A stretch of 63,529 nt of DNA, filler included, from Guillardia theta CCMP2712 (lineage: Eukaryota > Protista > Cryptophyta), in NCBI RefSeq assembly GCF_000315625.1. It is 6 parts of 6 records of this genome, joined end to end, with 100 filler letters (N's around TTAATTAATTAA, not from the genome) between each part and the next. Parts side by side here need not be neighbours in the genome. Positions count along the whole stretch, not along the records: positions 1 to 25,264 come from NW_005434667.1; positions 25,365 to 43,880 come from NW_005434571.1; 4 more parts are not named here. One strand, given 5' to 3'. Made by a program: the position numbers and the translations under genes. Of this stretch, positions 12,300 through 25,684 are shown one piece after another. Position 1 is the stretch's first letter. Every line of letters starts with the position of its first letter. Below the pieces are notes generated by a model that saw only the letters and a list, made by a program, of their open reading frames with translations, was not told the origin of the DNA and did not search any database.

Positions 12300-14330
12300 C
12301 TCTCATCTCACTCTCCTTCAGGTGTCTTCATCTGGAAGGGTGCTCCCGGAGGCTACATGTCCGAGGGAATGAGGGCTGGGAGGAAGGAGGAGGAAGCGAA
12401 GTGAGCGGGGAGGAGCGAGCTTTCGTCAGTATGAGCCCCAGGCATCTCTGCCGCCATCATATCCCGTCGCTGGTCGGCTCACGCTTTTGTTTTCTATAGT
12501 CGAATTTACAGCTCCTTATTTCCTCCCCTTCTGTCACTGTTCTCCTCATCCCCTCGTCCTCCTGCTGACTCTCTTGTCACCCTCTCAGTCCCGCCTCTCC
12601 CATTCTTCTCGTTTCGAGTCGCTGTCTCCTGTATGTTCCATCACTCCCTCCTCCAACGCTGCTGCCCAGAGGCCATGACTCTGCGTATTAACTCACTCAC
12701 TTCCGCCGCCTCCTCCTCCTCCTCCTCCTCCTCCTCCTCTTACATAGAACGCTGCTTGTGCCTGCAGTTCCGAGCCCAAGGACTCGAAGGGAGAGAGAAG
12801 GAGCATGTGGGACTTCCTCCGCAAGCCCGGGCCGAAGCTGAGGAAGGTGAGGAAAGAAGCACAAGGAGGTCAGGACAAGGAAAGTGCAGGGATGGGGCAG
12901 GCGGTGAGTAAAGCAGATTGATAGGAAGAGCGAGGGAGCAAGGAAAAGCGAAAGAAGGAGGGAGGGAGGGAGGGAGGGAGGGGCACCTCAGTCCATGCCA
13001 GTAGAGACCGTCTCCAGCGTACCAGCCGTATACGAGTCTCCTGTAAGGGATGCTCGAGCGGCTGGTGAGGAAGAGCTGGGGGTGAACGGGGTGGGTCATG
13101 CTCTTGCGGTGACGGAGGTGAACTTGGAAGCAGTTTGGGTTGTCGCGGAGAATTTCAAGTGAGTCCTGGATGAAGTTTCCGGTCCCATCGCACGTCCAGT
13201 CGTCCTCCAGGTGGAACACAAAGTCCGTCCTCACGTGCTGAGTCACCCGATCCAGCGAAACGACCTGCCCCACCCGTTCCTTATTGCATAGGATGCGGAA
13301 TGGGGGCCCTGACGGCTCCTCTTCCCCCGCCTCCAAGTTGGACATGTAAGTCGCCTGGAGCTGACGGCAGAGCGTCGCGTTCCCGCTGTCCTCGATCACC
13401 AGGACCTCCTCGATGGGATGAGTGTTGGCTGCGAGGAAGGACCGGATGGTCTCGGCCAGCAGTGCGGGTCTACCGCAGGACGTGATGGTGACGGTGACCT
13501 TCTCTTGAGCCGCAGAGGGGAAGGGAGAGAGGAGAAGCAGTTGCCAGTCCGCCAACAGAGCCAGTGAGATCCTGCTGTTGTCCTGCTCCTGTCGCCGATC
13601 GTCTTCGAGAAGATCGTTCCCAACGCAGCTCGAGCTGACGATCCCGTCCGTCACTCCCACGACCCTGCAACTCCTGCAGGCGGGAAGACCAACCTGGCGA
13701 GGACAAGGACGTTTGTCATCCTCCTCCTCAGGGACCATGAAGAAATCATGTCGCGCCACGAAGACATTCTCCGTGCGCTCGTGATGGACGACGAAGAGGG
13801 AGAGGTGTGCGAGGCCTGACACGTCCTTGCTCCAAGGCACGCGGAGCAGAACCTGCTTCCCCTCTCCGCACTCGCTCGCCTCACATACTTCGCTCACTTT
13901 GTAGCTCTGACTCCACGAGTTTTGAGGGAAGGAATGGCAGCACGAGAGAACAAGATTGAACGAGTCATGTAGATGAAATGAGTATCGTAGAAGCAGCTGA
14001 ATGTCAAGATGTTTTGCTCGCACTATCTCACGCGGACTGGGAGACAAGATCTCTAATTTTCCATGTTGAACTCTATCATTCTCTTCCAACATTCTGACTC
14101 CTTCCTGGTAGTCATTGCATTCCCAAGACGGGAATCCAGCATTGCACAGCTTGCTCAGGCTGTCAAAAGGTCAGTACAAGGGAGAACAAGCGCAAGGAAA
14201 AAAGCAGCAATTACCTCACTTCACCCCAGAGATTATTAGACGGCGGATCTTCGAGTTTGCATTCCCGTTGTTGAGGAAGAACAAGAAGAGCGAGGCAGAT
14301 CAAAGAAACCCAAGGTCTTGCTCTCTCTCT
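12300..14330 (-). CDS. GT-A fold glycosyltransferase (GT2-like), multi-exon; ends approximate
   Basis: VTITSCGRPALLAETIRSFL, VLVIEDSG, NKERVGQVVSLD and FVFHLEDDW (DxD-like), with a downstream exon containing NPGLRR. Confidence 0.75.
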
Positions 14331-14399
14331 TGACATCCTCCTCCTCCTCCTCCTCTTCCTCCTCTTCCTCCTCTTCCTCTCTGTCGATCTCCCCTGCCC

Positions 14400-15786
14400 C
14401 CTCTCACAGCTTCACCATCTTGTTCATGTCCTTGGGGTTCAGATACAGGGAGCAAGCCCCCCTCAGATTCTGGGGTTCCAGTCGGACCCTCGGACGGGCA
14501 AGTGGGAGGGCCGCTGAGGATGGGGAAAGAGAAGGAGAGGGAGAGGGAGAGGGAGAGGGAGAGGGAGAGGGAGAGGGAGAGGGAGAGGGAGAGGGAGAGG
14601 GAGAGGGAGAGGGAGAGGGAGAGGGAGAGGGAGGGGGAGAGGGAGAGGAAAGAGTTTACAGGAAGTAAGCATCGCATCATGAGGATCTAACACACTGCAC
14701 TACTGTCAGATATCACGAACATGCTGGATTCCCTCGTCCAAGGACAAGCAGAGGTGAAAGATCTCTTCGACATGCTCAGACAAGAGCAGAAGGACCTCAA
14801 GGCTAGGATGCAGCAGGACATGGAGAAGAAGACGAAGAGGAAGGTCAAGAAAGTGAGTCTGCCACACTCGACAACCTCTAGCTGATTTGTTCTTGCTCAA
14901 GTCTCCTGCACTCTCCAAACTGCAAGAAGCAACGCATCCCGCACATACCCGCAGGTATGGAATCAAGTTGCGATATGCGGATAGAGTCCCGAGCAACATG
15001 CAAGAATCAAGGATGAAAGATCACAAGGTGTGGAGCACGGGTAACAGCAGCCTAGAGGTTGACGACGAATTCTTTGAATGTCTGATCGAGCGAGAGCAAA
15101 AGCTGCTTGAGGTGTGGCAGGAGCTCAGCAATCGGAAGGCGGAGGTGGTCCAAGCCAACTCAGAGGACGGCAATGAGTCTACGGAGATGGCGAAGTTCGA
15201 GCAGAGGGTGAGCCGTCTCGAGCAGGAGATGCAAGCTGCAAAGCTTGAGCTGCATGAGACTGTCAGGGCCAACTGCCGCAGCCAGACGCTTGTCCAGCTG
15301 ATGGCGTCCAAAGTTGCGGTGCTTGAGAGCGAAGCTCCGAACAGAGGAAGCGTGGAAGAACTAGAGAGCCTGCTGCTGGAAACCGCGAGACGAGTTGAGC
15401 ACATGAGTCGCTGCAAAGCTGCACTAGACAGCGAGGCGATGCAGCTGAGGAGGCAGCTCCATGTCAACGAGTCCCTCGCACACCAGCTGCAGGAGGAACT
15501 CGATGCTGCCGTCGAGCAGAACCAGCTTGCGATCCTCGAGCTACAGCCCAAAGACTTCAGAGAACCGACGAGACCTTCCCCAGGACGAGCCGACGGAGTC
15601 GCACCAGCTGCTGACGTCATCACGTTACAAGCTCAGCTGCAGTCCCTCCGAGACGAGCTACAGCGCCAGCGAAGACTCGCTAAGTCGCTAGAGGAGGAGA
15701 ACGCGGAGCTGCGGAAGGAGAGCCCTGCAGCGTCACCGGATGTGCTTCGAATGATGGAGGCGCGAGGGAGAGGGAGAGACGATTAA
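14400..15786 (+). CDS. Hypothetical coiled-coil protein; start approximate
   Basis: 299-aa E/Q/L-rich ORF 14887-15786 with heptad character, plus upstream exon-like segments. Confidence 0.55.
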
Positions 15787-15849
15787 AGCAGCCGCCCTTT
15801 CTTCATGCCATCTCCTTGAGATCACGAGCAAGCAACCTAACGTAGCATG

Positions 15850-18800
15850 TGACCTCAAGCAGCTTGTAGCATGTCCTTATCCCACCTGAGACTGGCAGTG
15901 ATGGCTCGAAATGCGTTGGCCAGGAGCTGCTCCTGCTGTGTGAGGCTGAAGCGAAGCAACGCTCTCTTCTTCCCCGGTGCGATCGCCACCGCGCAAACCT
16001 GCAAGAGGCTCAAAGGGCTAGAAGGTCGCGACCTCCATCACCGCTGCCTCCTCTCGCAGAACCTCCGAGGCCTCAGCAGGTGACAACTGCGCGAGCATGA
16101 GAAGGAAAAACAGGCGAAGCTGAGAACCTCTAAGTCCGTCACGTCGATGGCTAGGTGAAACCCTCCCTTGCATGGCAGGCATCTCACGCCGGGAACCTGC
16201 TGGGAAGACCATCAGCGTCAGGAGTCGTCAGCCTCAAGTTCCTTGGCCAGCATTCTCGATGCGCCGCGTCTGACCCGTCGGAGGTGCGAGATCTGTTCTG
16301 ACGTCACCCCAGCAACGCCGAAGTCAAAGAGCACCGTCGCCTCCAGCCTGGCGGAACTTTCGGTCCACGAGAGGAACTTGTGCATCATGAAGAGAGAGGA
16401 GCCTGATACGCCTGCTCCGCTGCTTGCAAGTTTCTTTGCTGGACTTAGACCTCGCTTAGATGCAACAACAACTCTTACTGCTTCTACTCTCATCGCTAAG
16501 CTCTTCTCCATGATACCATGAGCACAACCCCAGCTGCTGATGCCTAAGAACAGGATACTCAGAGCTCATGGTAGACGCGCAAAGCTGATCACCCAGGGAG
16601 TGCGAGAAGTCTTGGACGACAACGAGTCTCTGCTTCAACATTGTCTGGTCAAAGTTGAATGTGCTGGCGGCACAGTCAACCTCTCGAGCTCAAAACGCGC
16701 TTGAGTCACCCACCTCTCCAGCAGATGCGCGTTCGACATGTCCAGCAGGACCCAAACGCCTTTCTGCAGTCACGAGCTGAGAACGTGCGGCTGCTACACC
16801 GGCCGTCACCTCGCGGCAGAGCTGCAGCAGCTCTCGTATTCTCGAGTCGCTGAGCTCCAGACCTGTCGAGAAGTGAGAGGGGCTGGGAGGAGAGGAGAGG
16901 CTGGGAGGAAAGGAGAGGCTGGGAGGAGAGGAGAGGCTGGGAGGAGAGGAGGATCCTCCATCAAGTCGCACCCGTGACTGAGCAAGGAGAGTTTAGCACG
17001 AGGACAGAGAAAGAAGAGTCCAGCAGGTTTGCGAGCTGGAGAGCGTCAGGTCACCGCACGGACAAGGCGACTAGACCTCTGGGAGAGAAAGCTGATCCAA
17101 GTCACAGGGGCTGCCGCGTGCTGATCCCCCAGTAGCTCTCAAGACCTGAGGGTAGAGAGCACTCCACATAGAGGGCATGAGAGCCTGCGACTCGTCAGCT
17201 CTCGCAGGTCACGAGATGTCGCAGACCTTCTGCTCAGATCCCACCAGGAGCTCCAGCAGTGCTAGCATCAGCTGCTCCGCACTGTAAGCCAGCACGACGT
17301 TCTCCGTCGAGATCGCATCCTCCTGCCCCATCGAGTGCTTGAGACACGTGAGAACGTCTCTCTTCAGCATGTCCTCTGAGAAGCTTGTCATCGCCTGCGC
17401 CAGCATATGCTCAGCTGTTCATGTCTTGGATGCGATTACCATCAGGTCTCGTCCGGACACGTCGGGCATCTTATCACCCAGCATCTGTCGCAGGTTAGCA
17501 GAGGCTCAGCATGGCAGCTGCCGCACCATCGGTCGACATTTCTCCATGCCCACCAGCGGCTGCTCCATTGCCTGACTGCTCCTGCAGTTCTGTTGCAAAG
17601 ATGAGCACGGCACCCCCAGCTCAAGTTCACCTGAGTAGCCTCGAATTCTGCCGAAGTGAATGGAGAGGGGGAGACAGGGAGGCTGCCCGACGGCGCCAAC
17701 TTGGAGGAAGAAGCAGCTCGCCGAATCACTTGGACGTCAACTTGGGAGGACGAGGCCACGTCTAGGACGTTGAGAGCAGCAGGAAGTTGCATGCACCAAG
17801 ACTTGCGCGTGCTGTCAAACACGAAGCCAAGAGCCTTCAGCTCCTCCTTCACTTGATACGAGTTGTACACGTGAAGTTTCCCCTCTCCCTCCTCCACCTT
17901 CACCTCCTGTCTCCCACTACCTCCCACAGAACTCCCGCTGGTGTCTTCGTTCCTCTCACTCACTTCCTTTTGATCCTGTTCCTTCACCTTCTTGTTGTAT
18001 GACTGGACGAGCAAGCGGAAGATTTCCTGCGTATCCGAGGTCGCCGCCCCTGTCATGAGCAGGAATTCTTGGACAGGTTTGGTCCATGCTCGTTTCTCCG
18101 GTTCCCAAGTGAAGTTGAAGTCATTCTTGAGGACTGTTCGCAACGGGAACGACTGATATGCCAACAGCTTCCCGTCCTCTATCGACAGCCTACCCACCTT
18201 CTTCCCCGAACTGTACATGCTCCACCGTCCAAACTCATCCTGTGCGAGTCCTGCTGTACGATCTTCAACCTGCTCGTCCTGCCCTGCGTCAGCTCTCTGA
18301 CTCTCCTCCTCTGCTACTCTCAGCGAAGGCGTCGAAGGCGTCGAAGTCGAGGGAGTAGCTCCGAGCTCCGCAGGTACAAAGGCCACCTCGTGCAAGAGGT
18401 TGAAAGATTGTTGCCCGTCCTCGAAGCAAACTTCGGCTGCCGAGATGGTCGACACCAAACATTCTTCCAGCTTCTCCCCCACCTGCATCGCCTCGACGGT
18501 CTCCTGTACCTGCATGATCGCTTGCCGCAGCTCGCTGCTCTCTACGCTGCCCTTCCATTCAACCTCGAGCAGAGGAAGCAAGCCTCGCAGCGGCTTGAAG
18601 TCCTTTCGTATCGCATGCAGCCTGCACAACTGACCCTCTATCATTGTTCTGAGTTGGCCCGAGCATGCCGTACCTGCTCAACGTGTGCGAAGATTTCGGA
18701 GAGCAGGAAAAGGCTCTTCTTGTCGACACTGACCCACAGCTTCATCGTCTGTATCGTCTCGTCTATTGTCTCTGTCGTCTCGCTCGACCCCGTGCGATTC

Positions 18801-20806
18801 AGAGTGAAGGGAATGGCATTCCACTTCATCCTCTTCCCCGACAGTTGCAAGTTGTCTTTCAGAGTGTCGATCAGCCCTGCCATCATCTTCCTCCCCTTCA
18901 CGAATCGCTTCAACTCCAAGAAGACGCCTCCTCCTCCCTCGCTCTCCCTCATCCTTCCAAGGACCTCTACCTTGACACCTTTTAGACTCAAAAGTCTCGA
19001 CATCTGCTCGCTCTCCTTCAACTTCCTCTGCATCGACTGAATTTCTTCCGCCATGTTCCCCCGCAGAACAATCCCGAGGGCAAAGGCCATGACCTCGTCG
19101 TCTTCACTAGTATCCTCTTTTACTTCAGCCAAGTGTTTTGGCATCATCGCTTTCAAGTCACCAATGCCATCTTTCAGCGACAGGAAGCCTGGCGGAGGGT
19201 CTGCCAGCTGTTGCGGCTCATCCTCCACCTTCATGTCCTGCAGCTTCACTTCCTCCACGGCCTTGTGCTTGGCGATTCTCTCCTGCAGGCTCCTGGAGAG
19301 GATCGGCCAGCAGTGTCCGTCATCGAAACAGACTCTCACGTCTTCGTCTACTCGCTTGTCACCTCGACGGAGGAGGTGAAACAAACTGACCCGGGTGAAC
19401 AGGGTCGCGACCCCTGGGAGAAAACATCCACTGATGACATCCGTCGGCAGTGAGTTCAAACTCTTTGACATCTAGACCTCATTGTCACCATCCCGCAGCA
19501 TTGTAATCTACATGTAAGCTCATCTACAAGTAAGCTCATCTACAAGTAAGCTCATCTACAAGTAAGCTCATCTACAAGTAAGCTCATCTACAAGTAAGCT
19601 CATCTACAAGTAAGCTCATCTACAAGTAAGCTCATCTACAAGTAAGCTCATCTACAAGTAAGCTCATCTACAAGTAAGCTCATCTACAAGTAAGCTCATC
19701 TACAAGTAAGCTCATCTACAAGTAAGCTCATCTACAAGTAAGCTCATCTACAAGTAAGCTCATCTACAAGTAAGCTCATCTACAAGTAAGCTCATCTACA
19801 AGTAAGCTCATCTACAAGTAAGCTCATCTACAAGTAAGCTCATCTACAAGTAAGCTCATCTACAAGTAAGCTCATCTACAAGTAAGCTCATCTACAAGTA
19901 AGCTCATCTACAAGTAAGCTCATCTACAAGTAAGCTCATCTACAAGTAAGCTCATCTACAAGTAAGCTCATCTACAAGTAAGCTCATCTACAAGTAAGCT
20001 CATCTACAAGTAAGCTCATCACTAGAGTTGCTCTGCTGCACTCACTCAATCTGAAGATGTTCGCGACCGCTTGTAGCTGCATGTGCCGGGATCGCCGATC
20101 CTCTGCAATCGGATGAGAGGGGAAGGTGCGTCACGTTACCCTGGTGACCTATAGCCAACACAATGTCGCGCACGACTGAGCCTGCTTCGAAATATCTTGA
20201 AATGCATCAGCAGCAGGAAGCAGCAGCAGCAAATGGTCACATGGATGCATTGGAAGAGAGCTCGTTCTGTATGAGGGCTTCGAGCTCGGATGCCATCTCG
20301 ATCGGATCTAGTCCTGGAGAGGTCAGGGAGATCAGTCTCCTGCGGCTTCCTGTCAGCACCTCCTACGCCTGACCTCTCCCTCACTCTTGCAAGGACGGCA
20401 CCAGCGCCAGGTGCATGCACAAGCTCGCTGAGGCCTCAAACTCGGGAGGGAGAAGCATCGACTTGCACTCGCATGGCTCGTGGGGATAGTCACACATGAG
20501 CTCCTCCGAGGAAGACTGTTGGAGAGCAGCTTCTAGCGCTCGCTTCCTCTGTGCAACAACTTCATCGCGAGTCACTGCATCCTCCTTGTTCACCTCAGAA
20601 GAGACTCCCTCCGAACTTGCTACGATCTTGGGTTGCCAGCGACGGCACGCGCGGGACCTCAACGACTTCAAGGGCATCTTCGGTCTTACGCAGAACGATG
20701 AACTCGCCAAAGAATCAGGAAAGAGGTTCGAGGACAAGGGAGCGAAGGAAGTGCTGCCATGGAGGAGGAGGAGGAGGAGGAGAACCTTGGAGGACGCAAA
20801 GGACAT
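15850..20806 (-). CDS. Large hypothetical protein (possibly more than one gene) with a bipartite plastid-targeting-like leader, a SWIM-like CxC..CxH finger and two DUF5710-like motifs
   Basis: Leader MSFASSKVLLLLLLLHGSTS-FAP, then PCECKS...LCMHL. Long exons 18641-19471 and 17442-18644 can be joined by a GT-AG intron at about 18622-18673. Motifs SYQVKEELKALGFVFDSTRKSW and SFPLRTVLKNDFNFTWEPEKRAW. Confidence 0.55.
19506..20020. repeat. Perfect 16-bp tandem array (TAAGCTCATCTACAAG), about 32 copies
   Basis: Read directly. There are no spacers, and one variant unit (ATCTACATG) sits at the left edge. Confidence 0.97.
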
Positions 20807-21265
20807 CGAATGAAGAAGGAGGAGCGACAGGGAAGGGGGAGCGACAGGGAAATCAAGGAGGAGGAGGAGGAGGAGGAGGAGGAGGAGGAGGAGGAGATCT
20901 TGATGATGACTACACGGGGGAGGGCATGGATGGGGAAGGCGAAGCGACTGCCATGAAGCGACTGATCTCGTGGTAGCAGTATCAAGTCCGCCTCACGCAA
21001 AAGGCCGTCAGAGAGAAGGGCAGCAAGAAAAGCAGGGGAGACAGCGCGGGTCGAACTGAGAAATGAGCTAAGAAGAGGACAAGCAACGTGGAAGAGAGGG
21101 AGGGAGGGAGGGAGGGAGTAGATGGAAACGAGGGACGAGGAGGAGAACAAGTACAGAAGGGTAGGAGAAGCTGATGTAAGGTAGCGATGCTACCAACAAA
21201 GTTCTTCTCTGTCCCTGATCTTCGCTGTCAATCTTTTCATTCACTTAATCTTTCCGCTCAAGGCA

Positions 21266-23064
21266 ATGTATATGGAAGAAGAAGACTTGGAGTGCTCCAT
21301 CTGCATGGAGAACGAGGTATGCGCGATGAGCGACATGCGTAGTCTGATGGGCGACGCAGCCCAACGTGGAGGTCCAACCTTGCAAGCATAGGATGTGCCT
21401 CTGCTGCCTGGGGAAGGAGATTATCCGACAGAGCAAGGGGAAGGAGGTCAGCCTGCTCTCATGGATGGAGAGGTTTCCTAACAACCTCAAAGCCTGCAGC
21501 CAAGTGCGACACCGGTATGCTGACTGAGACGAGATGCTTCCAATGCAGTGAGATCATCTCGACCCTACAAGTCAGCCTCTACATGAGCGAGACTGGCTCT
21601 CTCCTCCAGGACTCTTCTCGCGCCTTCTCTTACCGGGCCTCGTTCTCTGTCCCGATCGAATCCTTCTCCCTGATCTCCCGCAAGGATCTCAACGATGACC
21701 AGAAACACGCACAGGACAATGTCCCTCCGCTCCCTCCTCTCGCTTCTACCGTTCCTCCAGTCCCTCAAATTCCTCACCAGCATCTTGGCAGTCAAGAACC
21801 TGCCGCTGCTGTGCTTGTCGACAGCCTCCCTGCCGCTGCCATACTTGTCGACGTCCCTGCCGACAGGCACCAGCCCGCCGATCCTCCTCTCAACTTTCCG
21901 TCCTTGGCAAGATGCATCAAGTTTGACGAAGATGACGGGGCGATTCACGTCATAGGAAACCCGTTCCTTGCGGACGACTTTGCGGTCTCTCCCTCCTCCT
22001 ACGTGGAGTTTGTGACCAAGGGCATCATCGATGTGCTGCTGCTGCTGCTCCTCCTCCTCCTCCACTGACTCCCTGCCTGCGGCAGACGGTCATAGCTCGG
22101 AATTGCCCTACTCCTGTTCCTGTGGTGATCGCGCTAGAGCAAACGGAGATGGTCGACTCTCAGCTTCTCGCGCTCTGTCAGTGTCTCTCCAACATGCTGG
22201 AGATGCAGATCGGGTGAATAGAAACAACAAATTTATGCTCTCTCCTCCTCTACCCCCTCTCTGTCCTCCTCTACCCCCTCTCTGTCCTCCTCTACCCCCT
22301 CTCTCTCCTCCTCTACCTCTGTCTCTCCTCCTCTACCCCCTCTCTGTCCTCCTCTACCTCTGTCTCTCCTCCTCTACCCCCTCTCTGTCCTCCTCTACCT
22401 CTGTCTCTCCTCTTCTACCCCCTCTCTGTCCTCCTCTACCTCCAGCTCTGCTCTTTGTCACCCTCTCGCCTTCTCTTTCTTTCTCTCGTCTTCTTCGCCG
22501 TCGTCTCAAAGTTGTCACTAGATATGTGCATGCTGTTCGTCTCTTCAGCAACAAGATAGGAGATGAAGGAGCAGAGGCTATAGCTCATTTGATCTACCTC
22601 CAACACAAGGTTGTTTCCTTCTTCCTACCTCTGACGTCTTGCTCCTCGACTGACGTCCACTTGTAGACGTACAAGAAGTTCTTTCCTCTCCGAGAAGTTC
22701 ACCTCTCACACAATCAAATCTCCAACGATGGTGCCCTGCGCCTCCTGGAGACCTGCAGAAAGATTTACCCGTGAGCTCGTTTTTCTCATTCTGATCCTGT
22801 CCTGTTCTCTCTTCTTCTCTACTCTCCTCTTCTGCCTTCCACAAGGCTAAGAGGATGCGCATCAGGTACATCGACGAGCGGGAGAATCGCGTCCCCCTCT
22901 ACCTGAGGTTACATGACAACATCATCGACGGCTGGAACAGCAGCCGCTTTCTCTCGCTCAGAGACTCGTGCTGCTCGATGCTCAGTGAGGTCAGCGGGCG
23001 AAGGAAGTGTACCAAGTCTTTCTGCGAGTCCTCCCGCGTCCCTCCCCTCCACCTCCCATACTTC

Positions 23065-23106
<42 letters not shown>

Positions 23107-23976
23107 GTCAGGGAGAACAGCATGCCACGGGGAGCAGAAGTGGCTGCGGCGAGCAACCAAGTCAGGCAGGAGCCGCGAAAGGAGGAAGGATGGCAGGTGA
23201 TTCAAGGACGAGGAACAAAAGAGGAGAGGATGAGGATGCTGGTGGAAGAGAGCATCTCGATAGAGCACAACGACATCTCTCTTGCTCTCAGTGAAAAGCT
23301 TCTCTCGGACGACGACTTTGTCCGCATTGCTCCGATCGCGTTGGATGTCAGTCACCGTCTCGTCCTCCCTCCGTCTCCCTCTACTCTCCCATTGCTCCTC
23401 CTGCTTTTCCTGCTCTGTCCGCTCCTGCGCTCACATGCTGCAGGTGGTTCGGAGGACGGTGAGAGACTTGAAAGTGTCGAAGAGGATTGGAATCAACCTT
23501 AAAATGGAAGGAAACAGGCGAGTGGAGGAGGGGAGGATTGTGTTGCTGACTGGCGGGCTGAAGGTGCGGAGACGTCGGGATGAAGCATCTCTGCTCAGCG
23601 ATGAAAGTTTTGATCCAAGTGAGCTCGTCTGTGACCTTGTTCGTCACTCACGTGAGCAGGAGGAGAAGGCCTTTGTCAAGGTCATTCGAGCGTACAAGAA
23701 CGCGTGCAAGGTACTGATGCCCCCTCTCCTCTCCTCTCCTCTCCACTCCTCTCCTCTCCTCTCCTCTCCTCCCATTTTGCCTCAACTCATCTCACCTGTC
23801 CTGGCTTCTCCTCTCTCCTCCTCTCCCCTCCCCTCCCCTCCCGTCTTGTTTTTTCTCTTCCATCCCTCTTTTGCTCTTGTGTCTCATCGCGGAAGCAGGA
23901 TGGAGCCGCTCAAGCCATCTCGGACTTGGTCGTGGCGCACGTGCGCATGTGGAGAGTGATGGGGAGGAGAACCTGA
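21266..23976 (+). CDS. RING-finger plus leucine-rich-repeat protein (multi-exon)
   Basis: ECSICME..., PCKHRMCLCC... and CFQC form a RING-HC-like pattern. RNI-like LRRs are VRLFSNKIGDEGAEAIA, EVHLSHNQISNDGA and LRLHDNIID. Confidence 0.7.
22240..22445. repeat. Intronic pyrimidine minisatellite (18-21 bp units, e.g. TCCTCCTCTACCCCCTCTCTG)
   Basis: Degenerate tandem units seen directly. Confidence 0.8.
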
Positions 23977-24109
23977 CTTGACTGCTAGCGAGACCTGAGG
24001 CGAGGGGAGCAAGTGCAAGAAATTCACTTGTAAGAAGAGGGAAGAGGAGGAGAGGATAGGGGAGGGCGTGGTGTGGTTTGGTGGGGAGGGGAGGAGGCAG
24101 AGATGAGGT

Positions 24110-25530
<1,421 letters not shown>

Positions 25531-25601
25531 GAGAAGAAATTGAGGAGGAGGAGGAGGAGGAGGAGGAGGAGGAGAAAAGGAGAGAGCAAGTGGAGAAGAA
25601 G

Positions 25602-25650
<49 letters not shown>

Positions 25651-25684
25651 CAAGATAATTAACGGGATAGTCATCATCATAGGG

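Noticed and set aside
18641-18644. ATGA stop/start overlap suggesting bacterial-style translational coupling
   Set aside because: A GT-AG intron of about 52 nt (18622-18673, minus strand) removes the overlap and joins the two ORFs.
19506-20020. CRISPR array
   Set aside because: Pure head-to-tail 16-mer with no spacers, no cas genes and a eukaryotic context.
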